Notes: a model not told the origin generated them from the sequence alone. Positions 10,742 through 19,703 are shown, counted from the first letter of the stretch. The stretch is DNA of 64,000 nucleotides from Anaerolineales bacterium (GCA_026129335.1 JAHCIH010000003.1:20534-84533), one strand, 5' to 3'. Translations and numbers: made by a program.

Positions 10742-12373
10742 ATGAACTTCCCAGCCAATCCCAATTTTGCTTCGCGCCGCTCGCCGGTGGCCGGCCGCGG
10801 CGGCATGGTGGCCACCAGCCAGCCGCTGGCCGTCGCCGCCGGGCTGGCTATGCTGCGCGACGGCGGCAATGCCGCCGACGCTGCGGTGGCGACGGCGGCG
10901 GCGCTCAACGTCACCGAGCCGACCAGCACCGGCATCGGCGGGGACTGCTTTGCGCTGTACTACGAAGCCGCCAGCCGCCAAGTGTACGCGCTCAACGGCT
11001 CCGGGCGCGCCCCGGCGGCGTTGAGCCTGGAACTGCTGGCGAAGCAGGGCATCCGCGAACTGCCGCTGTACCACGCCCATACGGTCACCGTGCCCGGCGC
11101 GGCGGCGGGCTGGTGCGACCTGGTGGCCCGCCACGGCCGCCTGCCCATGGCGGAGGTGCTCGCCCCGGCTATCGAGCTGGCCGAGGCCGGCTTCCCCGTG
11201 GCGCCGGTGACCAGCTACTTTTGGGGGCGCGGCGCGGCCAACCAACTGAGCCAGGCGCCCAACGGCGCCGAACTGACCATTGATGGCCGCGCCCCGAAGC
11301 CCGGCGAATTGTTCCGCAACCCCGGGTTGGCGCGCACCTTCCGCCGCCTGGCCGAGGGCGGGGCGGCCGCCTTCTACGAAGGCGAGATCGCCGAGGCGAT
11401 CGTCGCCGTGCTCGCCAAGGCGGGCGGGGCGATGAGCGCCGCCGACCTTGCGGCGCACAGCAGCAGTTGGGAGGAGCCGATCTTCGCCGACTATCGCGGC
11501 TACCGCGTGTGGGAGTGCCCGCCCAACGGGCAGGGCCTGGCGGCTTTGCTGGCGCTGAATATTCTGGAAGGCTTCGATATTGCCGGGCTGGACCCAATGG
11601 GCGCGGAGCGCTGGCACCTGATGGTGGAGGCCATGCGCCTGGCCTTTGCCGACACGCGCTGGTTCGTCGCCGACCCGGCGACAAACCCCGCGCCGCTGGA
11701 TGCGCTGCTCTCCAAGGACTACGCCGCCCAGCGCCGCGCCCTGATCGACGCGGGCCGCGCCGTGGCCGACGTGGAGCGCGGGCGGCCCACCGCGAGTAGC
11801 GATACGGTCTACCTCAGCGTGGTGGATGCTGAGGGCAACGCCTGTTCGTTCATCAACAGCAATTACCACGGCTTCGGCACCGGCATCGTGCCCGAGGGCT
11901 GGGGCTTCACTCTGCAGAATCGCGGTTACGGCTTCAGCCTGGACCCGGCGCACCCCAACGCCCTGGCGCCAGGCAAGCGGCCCTACCACACGATCATCCC
12001 GGCACTGATCACTCACGCCGAGAGCGGCGAGCTGTTCGCCAGCTACGGCGTGATGGGTGGCTACATGCAGCCGCAGGGCCACCTGCAGGTGGCCCTGGGC
12101 CTGATCGACGACGGGCTGGACCCGCAGGCGGCGCTGGACCGGCCGCGCTTCTGCATCGAAGACGGCTCTGCCTCGCTGGAGCTGGCGGTGGAAGAAGGCC
12201 TGCCCGCCGAGACCCAGGCCGGGCTGGGCGCGATGGGCCACCGGCTGAACGAGGTGGGCGGCTTGGGCCGCGCCCTGTTCGGGCGCGGCCAGGTGATCCT
12301 GCGCGACCGCGAGAGCGGCGTGCTGTGGGGCGGCAGCGACCCGCGCGCCGACGGCCTGGCGATGACGCTATGA
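10742..12373 (+). CDS. ggt: gamma-glutamyltransferase
   Basis: Typical GGT sequence: GGMVATSQPLAVAAGLAMLRDGGNAADAAVA..TEPTSTGIGGDCF, an autoprocessing-site-like SSDTVYLSVVD, and GGYMQPQGH. Confidence 0.9.
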   Translation: MNFPANPNFASRRSPVAGRGGMVATSQPLAVAAGLAMLRDGGNAADAAVATAAALNVTEPTSTGIGGDCFALYYEAASRQVYALNGSGRAPAALSLELLAKQGIRELPLYHAHTVTVPGAAAGWCDLVARHGRLPMAEVLAPAIELAEAGFPVAPVTSYFWGRGAANQLSQAPNGAELTIDGRAPKPGELFRNPGLARTFRRLAEGGAAAFYEGEIAEAIVAVLAKAGGAMSAADLAAHSSSWEEPIFADYRGYRVWECPPNGQGLAALLALNILEGFDIAGLDPMGAERWHLMVEAMRLAFADTRWFVADPATNPAPLDALLSKDYAAQRRALIDAGRAVADVERGRPTASSDTVYLSVVDAEGNACSFINSNYHGFGTGIVPEGWGFTLQNRGYGFSLDPAHPNALAPGKRPYHTIIPALITHAESGELFASYGVMGGYMQPQGHLQVALGLIDDGLDPQAALDRPRFCIEDGSASLELAVEEGLPAETQAGLGAMGHRLNEVGGLGRALFGRGQVILRDRESGVLWGGSDPRADGLAMTL

Positions 12374-13344
12374 GCAAAGTGGTCGCCGTCGCCCACCCGA
12401 ATATCGCCTTCATCAAATATTGGGGCAACCAGGACGACGCGCTGCGCCTGCCGTCCAACGGCTCGATTTCGATGAACCTGGATGGCTTGCACTCGCAGAC
12501 GGCGGTCGAGTTCAGCGCTGGTTTGGCCGGCGATGAACTGCAGCTGGATGGCGGGGTAGCCACCCCGGAGCAGACCCAGCGCGTCTCCGCCTTTCTCGAT
12601 TTGGTGCGCGAGATGTCCGGCGTGACCAGCGCGGCGCGGGTGGAGAGCCAGAACAATTTCCCCAGCGGTGCGGGCATCGCTTCTTCCTCTTCGGCCTTTG
12701 CGGCGCTGGCCTTGGCGGCCAGCGCAGCCGCCGGCCTCGAGCTGGACGAGGCGGCGCTTTCGCGGCTGGCGCGGCGCGGCTCCGGCTCGGCGAGCCGCTC
12801 CGTACCGGGCGGCTACGCCGAATGGCGCAGCGGCGACGATGCGGGCAGCTTCGCCCACAGCATCGCCGCGGCGGAACACTGGGAGCTGGCCGACTGCGTG
12901 GCGATCATCAGCGAGGAGCACAAAGCCACCGGCTCCACCGCGGGGCACGCGCTGGCGGGCACTTCGCCGCTGCAGGCGGCGCGCCTGGCCGGCGCGCCCG
13001 GCAGGCTGGACGCCTGCCGGGCGGCCATCGAGCGCCGCGACTTCGCCACGCTGGCCGAAGTGGCCGAGCTGGATTGCCACCTGATGCACGCGGTGATGAT
13101 GACCTCGCAGCCCGGCCTGCACTATTGGCTGCCGGCCAGCCTGGAAGTGATGGCAGCGGTGCGCGGCTGGCGCGCCGCGGGCATGGCGGCCTTCTACACG
13201 CTGGACGCCGGCCCCAATGTGCACGTGCTCTGCCCCGAAAGCGCCGCCGCTGAAGTGGCCGCCGGGTTGGCGGAGCTGCCCGGCGTGCTGCGCGTGCTGC
13301 GCGCCGCGCCCGGCGGCCCGGCGCGGTTGCTGTCCGATCCTTAG
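12370..13344 (+). CDS. mvaD: diphospho- or phosphomevalonate decarboxylase (GHMP kinase fold)
   Basis: MSKVVAVAHPNIAFIKYWGNQDD...FPSGAGIASSSSAFAALA...GSGSASRSV matches the MVD family. The internal ATG at 12370 overlaps the ggt stop (ATGA). The upstream extension of the ORF track lies inside ggt. Confidence 0.8.
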   Translation: MSKVVAVAHPNIAFIKYWGNQDDALRLPSNGSISMNLDGLHSQTAVEFSAGLAGDELQLDGGVATPEQTQRVSAFLDLVREMSGVTSAARVESQNNFPSGAGIASSSSAFAALALAASAAAGLELDEAALSRLARRGSGSASRSVPGGYAEWRSGDDAGSFAHSIAAAEHWELADCVAIISEEHKATGSTAGHALAGTSPLQAARLAGAPGRLDACRAAIERRDFATLAEVAELDCHLMHAVMMTSQPGLHYWLPASLEVMAAVRGWRAAGMAAFYTLDAGPNVHVLCPESAAAEVAAGLAELPGVLRVLRAAPGGPARLLSDP

Positions 13345-13502
13345 TTTTGAAGACCCGCCTTTTATGCCCATTGCGAAAGAAATGGCTGCGGGGATCCTTC
13401 GCTGGTCGGGCTTCGGCGTCCGGGTGAGGGTTGGAACACCCGCTCAGGAAGCACGCGTATGGCGGACGCCTATTTCCCGGCTCGCAACGATATAATCCCC
13501 AC

Positions 13503-14558
13503 ATGCCTGTCATTCTTTTCATCATTGCCTTGGTTTCCCTGATCGTGGTGCACGAACTCGGCCATCTGCTGGCGGCCAAGTTCAGCGGCATCAAGGTCAA
13601 GGAGTTCGGCATCGGCCTGCCGCCGCGGGTCATCAAGCTGTTCAAGTGGGGTGAGACCGACTTCACCCTGAACGCGCTGCCCCTGGGCGGCTTCGTGCTG
13701 CCCGAGGGCGAAAACGACCCGAACGTGCCTGGCGGCCTTTCGGCCGCGCCGCCCTGGAAGCGCATCTTCGTGCTCATCGCCGGGCCGGCGATGAACATCC
13801 TGGCCGCCATCCTGTTGTATTTCATCATCTTCATGCAGATCGGCAGCCCCGACCTCAACACGGTGCAGATCATGGACACCTCGCCCGGTTCGCCCGCCGA
13901 GATGGCGGGCCTGCGCGCCGGCGACGTGGTGCTCAGCGTGAACGGCGAAGAGATCCACAGCAGCGAAGCGCTGCAAAACATCATCTATGCCAACCTGGGC
14001 CAGGAGGTGGAGCTGACCTACCTGCGCGACGGCCAGAGCCACACGATACGGCTGACGCCGCGCAACCCGGCGCCGGCGGATGGCGCCATCGGCATCGCCA
14101 TGGGCCACCCCAGCGGGCCGGCGCACCCCGTAGAGGCGCTGAGCCTGGGCGGCCAGATGGTGGGCCAGCAGGCCAACGCCCTGGCGCGGCTGCCCGGCCG
14201 CCTGCTGAGCGGCAACGCCAGCGAAGAAGAAGGCCGCCTGATCGGCTACAAGGGCATGTACGATATTTACACCGCGGTGCGCGCCGCGGATACCGCGCCG
14301 GAGAGCACCCTGCCGCCCGGCGTCAACACCATGTCCTTTTTCGCCTCGATCTCCATCTCGCTGGGCTTCCTCAACCTGCTGCCGCTGCCCGCGCTGGATG
14401 GCGGGCGCATCCTCTTCACCCTGCCGGAGCTGCTCTTCCGCCGGCGCATCCCGCCGATCTACGAGAACGCGGTGAACTTCGTCGGCTTCGCCCTGCTGCT
14501 GATGCTCTTGGTCTACATCAACATCCAGGATTTCCTCAACCCGATCGTACTGCCCTAG
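13503..14558 (+). CDS. rseP: RIP metalloprotease RseP/site-2 protease (M50) with PDZ domain
   Basis: HELGH near the N-terminus, a PDZ-like segment (GSPAEMAGLRAGDVVLSVNGEEI), and NLLPLPALDGG. The start was chosen at MPVILFII, where TATAAT lies 6 nt upstream. Confidence 0.85.
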   Translation: MPVILFIIALVSLIVVHELGHLLAAKFSGIKVKEFGIGLPPRVIKLFKWGETDFTLNALPLGGFVLPEGENDPNVPGGLSAAPPWKRIFVLIAGPAMNILAAILLYFIIFMQIGSPDLNTVQIMDTSPGSPAEMAGLRAGDVVLSVNGEEIHSSEALQNIIYANLGQEVELTYLRDGQSHTIRLTPRNPAPADGAIGIAMGHPSGPAHPVEALSLGGQMVGQQANALARLPGRLLSGNASEEEGRLIGYKGMYDIYTAVRAADTAPESTLPPGVNTMSFFASISISLGFLNLLPLPALDGGRILFTLPELLFRRRIPPIYENAVNFVGFALLLMLLVYINIQDFLNPIVLP

Positions 14559-15590
14559 ATGGACGACGAACTGAACCCCTCCCCCGGCGAAGTCTCGTTC
14601 GAGGAGCTGCTGGCCGCCCTGCAAGACGAGACGCAGCCGCTGCCCTCGCGCCTGCTCTACGGGTTTTCCGGGCTGCAGAGCGCCGAGGTGGACGCGCTGC
14701 GTTCCGCCTGGGGCGGGCTCTCGCAGCCGCGCCGCCTGGGCCTGGTGGAAGATTTGGAAAACCTGGCCGAGGGCAACGCGGTGCTGATTTTCGACGCAGT
14801 GAACCTGTTGGCCCTGGACGATGAAGACCCGCGGGTGCGCCTGACCGCGGTGCGGGCGCTGTGGACCGCCGAGCGGCCCGAGTTCATGGGCCGCCTGCTG
14901 GACTTGATGCACAATGATCCGGCGGCCGAGGTGCGCGCCCAGGCCGCCGCGGGCCTGGGCCAATACGTGCTCTGGGGCGAGCTGGACGAGATCCCCGAAG
15001 GCGACCTGCGCCAGGCCGAGGCCGGCCTCTTGCAGGCGCTGCAGTCCGATGGCGACGAGCTGGTGCAGCGCCGCGCCCTGGAGGCGCTGGGCTATTCCAG
15101 TCGGCCCGAGGTCCCCGACCTGATCGAGCAGGCCTACGAGCGGGATGACGACGATTGGGTCGCTAGCGCGCTGTATGCCATGGGCCGCTCCGCCGACGAC
15201 CGCTGGACCCGCCCGGTGCTGGACCGGCTGAAAGACGCCAATACGGAACTGAGCCGCGAGGCGGCCCGCTCGGCGGGCGAGCTGGAGATCAGCGAGGCGC
15301 TGCCCTCGCTGGTGGAACTGCTGCAGGACGAAGACGCCGAGCTGCGCCTGGCGGCCGCCTGGTCGCTCTCGCAGATCGGCGGCGAGGGCGTGGAAGAGGC
15401 GCTGGAAGAGCTGCTCGAGCGCAGCGAAGACGACGAAGAGATCGAGCTGCTCGAAGACGCGCTGGAGAACCTGGCCTTCACGCATGAGATGTCTGAGATG
15501 AACATTTTGGACTTTTCCCCTGAGGCCCTGGACGACCTGGCGCACCCCGACCTGCCCGCCGACGAGGATGACGAGCCCGACGCGGACTAG
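14559..15590 (+). CDS. acidic HEAT-repeat protein
   Basis: Repeated DEDPRVRLTAVRALW / AEVRAQAAAGLG / LRLAAAWSLSQIG motifs (PBS-lyase/HEAT type) with an acidic C-terminus. Confidence 0.6.
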   Translation: MDDELNPSPGEVSFEELLAALQDETQPLPSRLLYGFSGLQSAEVDALRSAWGGLSQPRRLGLVEDLENLAEGNAVLIFDAVNLLALDDEDPRVRLTAVRALWTAERPEFMGRLLDLMHNDPAAEVRAQAAAGLGQYVLWGELDEIPEGDLRQAEAGLLQALQSDGDELVQRRALEALGYSSRPEVPDLIEQAYERDDDDWVASALYAMGRSADDRWTRPVLDRLKDANTELSREAARSAGELEISEALPSLVELLQDEDAELRLAAAWSLSQIGGEGVEEALEELLERSEDDEEIELLEDALENLAFTHEMSEMNILDFSPEALDDLAHPDLPADEDDEPDAD

Positions 15591-16818
15591 CCGCGGGGCT
15601 GGGCAGTATGCCCTGCTTTGGGCTGCGCTGGCCTGCCTGGGCCTGGCGCAGCTCTCCGCCGGCTCGGCGGTCGCCGCCCCAGCCGCTGCCCAGCAGGGCG
15701 TGGGGGTGATCGAACAATCCCATAGCTATCTGTTCAACAATTCGTTCACGTTCCGGGTCGAGTTCGAAGCCGAGCTGCCGATCATGAACGCTTACGTCTT
15801 CTACCAGTGGCCGGGGGGCGGGCGGAGCTGGGTGTATGAGGGCGAGCTGCTCGAGAACCGCATCCTCGATGTGCAGGTGGCGCTGGATGAAAGCAATCAG
15901 CCGCCGCCGTTCAGCGAAGTGGAATATTGGTATCGCTTTGCCGATGTGCGCGGCCAGGTGCACGAGAGCGCGACCTACTCCTTTTATTACGACGACAACC
16001 GCTACGAGTGGAGCAGCCACCAGGATGGGCCTTTCACCCTGTATTGGTACGCCGGCGACGCGGGCTACGCGGCGGCCATCCTGGCCGCCGCCCGCCAGGG
16101 CGTGCAGCGCATCCAGGCGCTGCTGCCCGGGGCGCGGCTGAGCGAGGCTACGCTGCGGGTCTATGAAGACGCCGCCGATGTGCAGTTGATCGCCGGGCGC
16201 TCCGGCATCAGCTGGCAGGCGGGCCACAGCGACCCGGCCGCCGGGCTGCTCCTGCTGGCGCTGCCGCCCGGCGCGGGGCAGAGCCTGGAGATCCAGCGTC
16301 AGGTGCCCCACGAGGTGGCGCACCTGATGCTGTACCAGAGCTTGGGCGCGACGCAATACGCCCGCTTGCCGGCCTGGCTGAACGAGGGCATCGCCGCCCA
16401 GGCCGAGCTGTATTCCGACCCCGAGGCCGCGGCCCTGCTGGCCGCGGCCGCCGCGGACAGCGGCCTGCTGCCGCTGGCGGCGCTGTGCGCCGCCTTCCCG
16501 CAGGACGCCGCCAGCGCCCGGTTGGCCTACGCCCAGGCGGCCTCGTTCGTAGGCTACCTGTTCGAACAATACGGCCAGGTGGGCTTCGGCCTGCTGGTGG
16601 ACGCTTACTTGCAGGGCAGCGACTGCCTCGCCGCCCCCCAGCAGGACTTCGGCATGGATTTGAACGGGCTGCAGGCCGAGTGGGCTGCAGCGCTCTTCGA
16701 GCCAAAGCCGCAGGGCGCGGCCGCCTGGCTGGCCGCGGTGCCCTGGCAGACGATATTGGCTTCGGCTGGCGCGGCGTTGGTTTTGTTTTTGGTGCTGCGG
16801 CTGAGCGGGCGCAGGTAG
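15568..16818 (+). CDS. putative secreted/membrane-anchored zinc metallopeptidase (HExxH, peptidase-MA-like)
   Basis: Signal-like N-terminus, an HEVAHLM motif followed by NEGIA, and a C-terminal TM helix. The start is uncertain because it overlaps the upstream gene. Confidence 0.5.
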   Translation: MTSPTRTSRGAGQYALLWAALACLGLAQLSAGSAVAAPAAAQQGVGVIEQSHSYLFNNSFTFRVEFEAELPIMNAYVFYQWPGGGRSWVYEGELLENRILDVQVALDESNQPPPFSEVEYWYRFADVRGQVHESATYSFYYDDNRYEWSSHQDGPFTLYWYAGDAGYAAAILAAARQGVQRIQALLPGARLSEATLRVYEDAADVQLIAGRSGISWQAGHSDPAAGLLLLALPPGAGQSLEIQRQVPHEVAHLMLYQSLGATQYARLPAWLNEGIAAQAELYSDPEAAALLAAAAADSGLLPLAALCAAFPQDAASARLAYAQAASFVGYLFEQYGQVGFGLLVDAYLQGSDCLAAPQQDFGMDLNGLQAEWAAALFEPKPQGAAAWLAAVPWQTILASAGAALVLFLVLRLSGRR

Positions 16819-16819
16819 C

Positions 16820-16850
16820 GATCAGCAGTCAGCTGTCAGCAGTCAGCGTT
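16820..16850. repeat. heptamer-phased repeat (GTCAGCN x4)
   Basis: gatcagc agtcagc tgtcagc agtcagc, with 7-nt register. It sits between convergent genes and supplies the last codons of the Phd-like ORF. Confidence 0.8.
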
Positions 16851-17068
16851 TCTGCTTCTATCTCTCTATAATTGCGTGTCTTGCCTGCACCCAAGTCGCG
16901 TAGGGCTTCGAAAGCGGCAGTGATTTGTTCATATTCTGCTACGGAGAGCAAATACGCCTCTGCTTTAGTACCGCGCACGACCATGATTTTGCCCACCTGA
17001 GTTAACTTACCCAGAACTTGGCTCGTCTGGGCTTGTAATTCGGTCACGGTAGTAGTCTCAAAATCCAT
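16829..17068 (-). CDS. Phd/YefM-family antitoxin, apparently orphan
   Basis: MDFETTTVTELQAQTSQVLGKLTQVGKIMVVRGTKAEAYLLSVAEYEQI is typical of Phd/YefM. A GGAGAGAGAA SD precedes this ATG. No toxin ORF is adjacent. Confidence 0.65.
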   Translation of the reverse strand: MDFETTTVTELQAQTSQVLGKLTQVGKIMVVRGTKAEAYLLSVAEYEQITAAFEALRDLGAGKTRNYREIEAETLTADS

Positions 17069-17531
17069 TTCTCTCTCCATAAGTTGTAATAATAATATTG
17101 GCGGGGCGGGTATTTGGTGCATATTACATTTGACAAATGAAGTCAGTTTCCTAGATTTGCGCATTAAGGCACGGAATGCGCGTAGGTCACGAGAGCATTG
17201 AAGGAGCCAAGTAATTTGAGGTACGGGCCAAGCATCCCTTCGCTTCGCTCAGGACAAGGCTTCGCCCCTACGCGAACAGGTGGTCTTTGCCCCGCGAAAC
17301 AGGCAAGCGTCAAGGCGTTAGGGACAAAAGATATATTAATCCTTTCGGGCGCGGGGGGTTTTAATACAACTTAAACTTCACAAGAAACCGACGCGGCCCA
17401 ATACAAGCCGCATTAAAGCATAGGGTTGATTGTAGATGACAGATTCGGGGGTGGTGTCAAGCAGCAATCAGCTGTCATTTGCGTGAACGGCTATAATGTG
17501 GCTATGGGCTCTATTTGATTGGAGAGCAAAT

Positions 17532-17753
17532 ATGACACTTTTTGACGAAATCCAAGAGCAGGTGCGCAAACTGCCGCGTGACAAGCAAAAGCAGGTTTTA
17601 GCCTTTGCAAAAACGCTGGGGCAAATACAGCCTAAGATGCCAGCCAAAGGCTCCCTTAAACAACACCCCGTTTTCGGTTCTTGGGCAGGGCGTAATATTG
17701 ACGCGTTGGAGTACCAGAAGGCTTTGCGAACTGAGTGGGACCATCGTTCGTGA
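17532..17753 (+). CDS. VapB-type antitoxin (DUF2281-like)
   Basis: MTLFDEIQEQVRKLPRDKQKQVLAFAKTL..., with a GGAGAG SD and a TATAAT upstream. Its stop overlaps the PIN gene start (GTGA). Confidence 0.65.
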   Translation: MTLFDEIQEQVRKLPRDKQKQVLAFAKTLGQIQPKMPAKGSLKQHPVFGSWAGRNIDALEYQKALRTEWDHRS

Positions 17754-18115
17754 GCGATGCGGTCTTTGACACCAATATCGTTATAGATGCCTTAAACGGC
17801 GTGGAAGAAGCTGACTTGGAATACGCGCGGTATCAGCGCGTCTTTATCAGTCAGATTACCTGGATGGAAGTGTTGATTGGCGCAGAGGGGGATGATTCCG
17901 AACTGCGTGACTTTCTTGAAAATCGGTTCAGCATTATTCCCCTCGATGGCCCAGTATCCGAGGTCGCAATCGAACTACGGCGCAAGTATCGCGTCCGACT
18001 ACCTGATGCCATCATTTGGGCGAGCGCCCTTTCCCGAGAAGCTACTTTGGTCACCCGCAACATCAAAGACTTCGACCCGAAGTGGGAAGGCGTTCGTGTG
18101 CCCTATGAAATTTGA
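17750..18115 (+). CDS. vapC: PIN-domain toxin VapC
   Basis: VFDTNIVIDAL...WMEVLIG...DAIIWASAL...LVTRNIKDF carries the acidic PIN residues. GTG start overlapping the antitoxin stop. Confidence 0.8.
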   Translation: MSDAVFDTNIVIDALNGVEEADLEYARYQRVFISQITWMEVLIGAEGDDSELRDFLENRFSIIPLDGPVSEVAIELRRKYRVRLPDAIIWASALSREATLVTRNIKDFDPKWEGVRVPYEI

Positions 18116-18176
18116 CAGGGGGACAAGGCGCGAGATTAGACAGTTATAGGGCCGGGTACCCTGCCCCTACGATGAG

Positions 18177-18461
18177 ATGAACGAACAACTCCACTTGTAT
18201 ATTTCCGGCCACGTCCAGGGTGTCGGCTTCCGCTACTTTGTGATGCGCCAGGCCAAGGAGCTTGGCCTGAGCGGCTGGGTACGCAATCTGCACGACAGTC
18301 GCGTGGAAGCTGTGGCCGAAGGCCCGCGGCCCGCCCTGGAGCGACTGCTGGCCGCGGCTCGCCAGGGGCCGCCGGGCTCGGCGGTGAGCGATGTGGCCAC
18401 GGAATGGGCCGCGGCGGCGGGGGAGTTCGAAGGGTTTGAGGTGAGGAGAGACAGCGATTAG
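18177..18461 (+). CDS. acyP: acylphosphatase
   Basis: ISGHVQGVGFRYFVMRQAKELGLSGWVRNLHDSRVEAVAEG is the acylphosphatase signature. Confidence 0.85.
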   Translation: MNEQLHLYISGHVQGVGFRYFVMRQAKELGLSGWVRNLHDSRVEAVAEGPRPALERLLAAARQGPPGSAVSDVATEWAAAAGEFEGFEVRRDSD

Positions 18462-18515
18462 CTGCTAGCTGCTAGCTATTAGCGATTAGCCTTCAACTGT
18501 CAGCTTGCAGTGCAG
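18453..18515. repeat. heptamer-phased repeat (NNNTAGC units)
   Basis: gattagc tgctagc tgctagc tattagc gattagc cttcaac tgtcagc ttgcagt. It contains AGCGATTAGC twice (18453..18462 and 18481..18490). Confidence 0.8.
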
Positions 18516-18707
18516 GAACACAAGTTGCCTGAATAGGGCGGTTTACTGCTTGACGCTCTAATGAAAACCTTTGTGAAATCTGGTATTTTTATGCGATAAT
18601 ATAGATGTATCCATATAGATGGATAAATATATGCTAACTAGCCTTAGCTCTAAAATGAATGCCAGAGAAGCCTGAAGCTCAGCGGGGAAAGGGCTAAGAA
18701 TAATCTT

Positions 18708-19286
18708 ATGAGTATGTACAGACAAAAGCTGCTGAATGCAGTCCTTTTTTTTGCCAAAGAGACAAAGCGTCTAAACAAAACCAAGTTGTCCAAGTTGCTC
18801 TATTTTCTTGATTTTGAGCATTTTCGACAGACTGGTTATCCCTCGATCGGGCTTAAGTACTATGCTTTTGACTACGGTCCTTTGCCGCGAAACTTTTGGG
18901 CTGAAATCCACAATGGAGAGCTTCCAGAGGATTTAGCTGAAAAAGTTAACGCCATTCAAAAAATTGAAGGTGGTCGCCAGGAGATTGAATTTAGGCCCAA
19001 GCCAAAAGCAGAAGTGGATTTCTCACTATTTACATTACGCGAACAGGAAATCCTGAAGAAGTTCGCATACATTTATAACGATAGTAGCGGCAAAACCATG
19101 TCTGATATTTCTCATGAGTATGGGCACCCGTGGGAAGTCACAATACAAACTAAGGGAGAGAGGGAAGAAATAGATTATTTGCTGGCAATAGATGAAAATT
19201 CTCCGATTGATATCGAACAAGCCCGCGAAAGCTTGCATGACTACCTTGAGATGACGAAACTTTTTAATATTGGTCCAACCGAGTAG
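18708..19286 (+). CDS. Panacea/DUF4065 (SocA/GepA-like) antitoxin-type protein
   Basis: LNAVLFFAKETKRLNKTKLSKLLYFLDFEHFRQTGYPSIGLKYYAFDYGPLPRNFW matches the DUF4065 core (KL.KLLY...GP.P). The gene is AT-rich. Confidence 0.7.
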   Translation: MSMYRQKLLNAVLFFAKETKRLNKTKLSKLLYFLDFEHFRQTGYPSIGLKYYAFDYGPLPRNFWAEIHNGELPEDLAEKVNAIQKIEGGRQEIEFRPKPKAEVDFSLFTLREQEILKKFAYIYNDSSGKTMSDISHEYGHPWEVTIQTKGEREEIDYLLAIDENSPIDIEQARESLHDYLEMTKLFNIGPTE

Positions 19287-19289
19287 TAG

Positions 19290-19703
19290 ATGCCAAGCGC
19301 TGGGGACGTATTCGTTGTCAAGAACTATGAATTTGCCGATGGGGGTAAAAGGGATAAGTGGTTTGTCGTTCTAAATACCTCCAACTTGGAAAGACCATGT
19401 TTGACGCTCATGACTACTTCTCAAGACAGGTATTATCAAAACGCAGTAGAAGGTTGCAGTAAGAATCACAAGTGCTTCTATGTTCCTAGGTCTTGGGGGA
19501 CTTGCTTTACCTTGGATACTTACATACAACTCCCTAGAATCATTGAGTTTCCATCTGATCAATTGCTACGCAATGGGTTGGCGAAGAGGATTGAATTTAA
19601 GGATCCGCTTCCCCAAAACCGTTTTGCTCAACTCAAGCAATGTCTTCCGAGCTTCAAGGAAGACATTGCTCCAGTGCATTGGGACTTGATTTATAAAACT
19701 TAG
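19290..19703 (+). CDS. unassigned small protein, candidate toxin partner (MazF/PemK-like pattern by eye)
   Basis: Starts 3 nt after the Panacea gene. GDVFVV..GGKRDKWFVVLN...LMTTSQ...DTYIQLPRIIEFPSDQL...AQLKQCL parallels the MazF layout (GD-hhh, K-R-hhVVh, TS, late D-Q-h-R). AT-rich. Confidence 0.45.
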   Translation: MPSAGDVFVVKNYEFADGGKRDKWFVVLNTSNLERPCLTLMTTSQDRYYQNAVEGCSKNHKCFYVPRSWGTCFTLDTYIQLPRIIEFPSDQLLRNGLAKRIEFKDPLPQNRFAQLKQCLPSFKEDIAPVHWDLIYKT

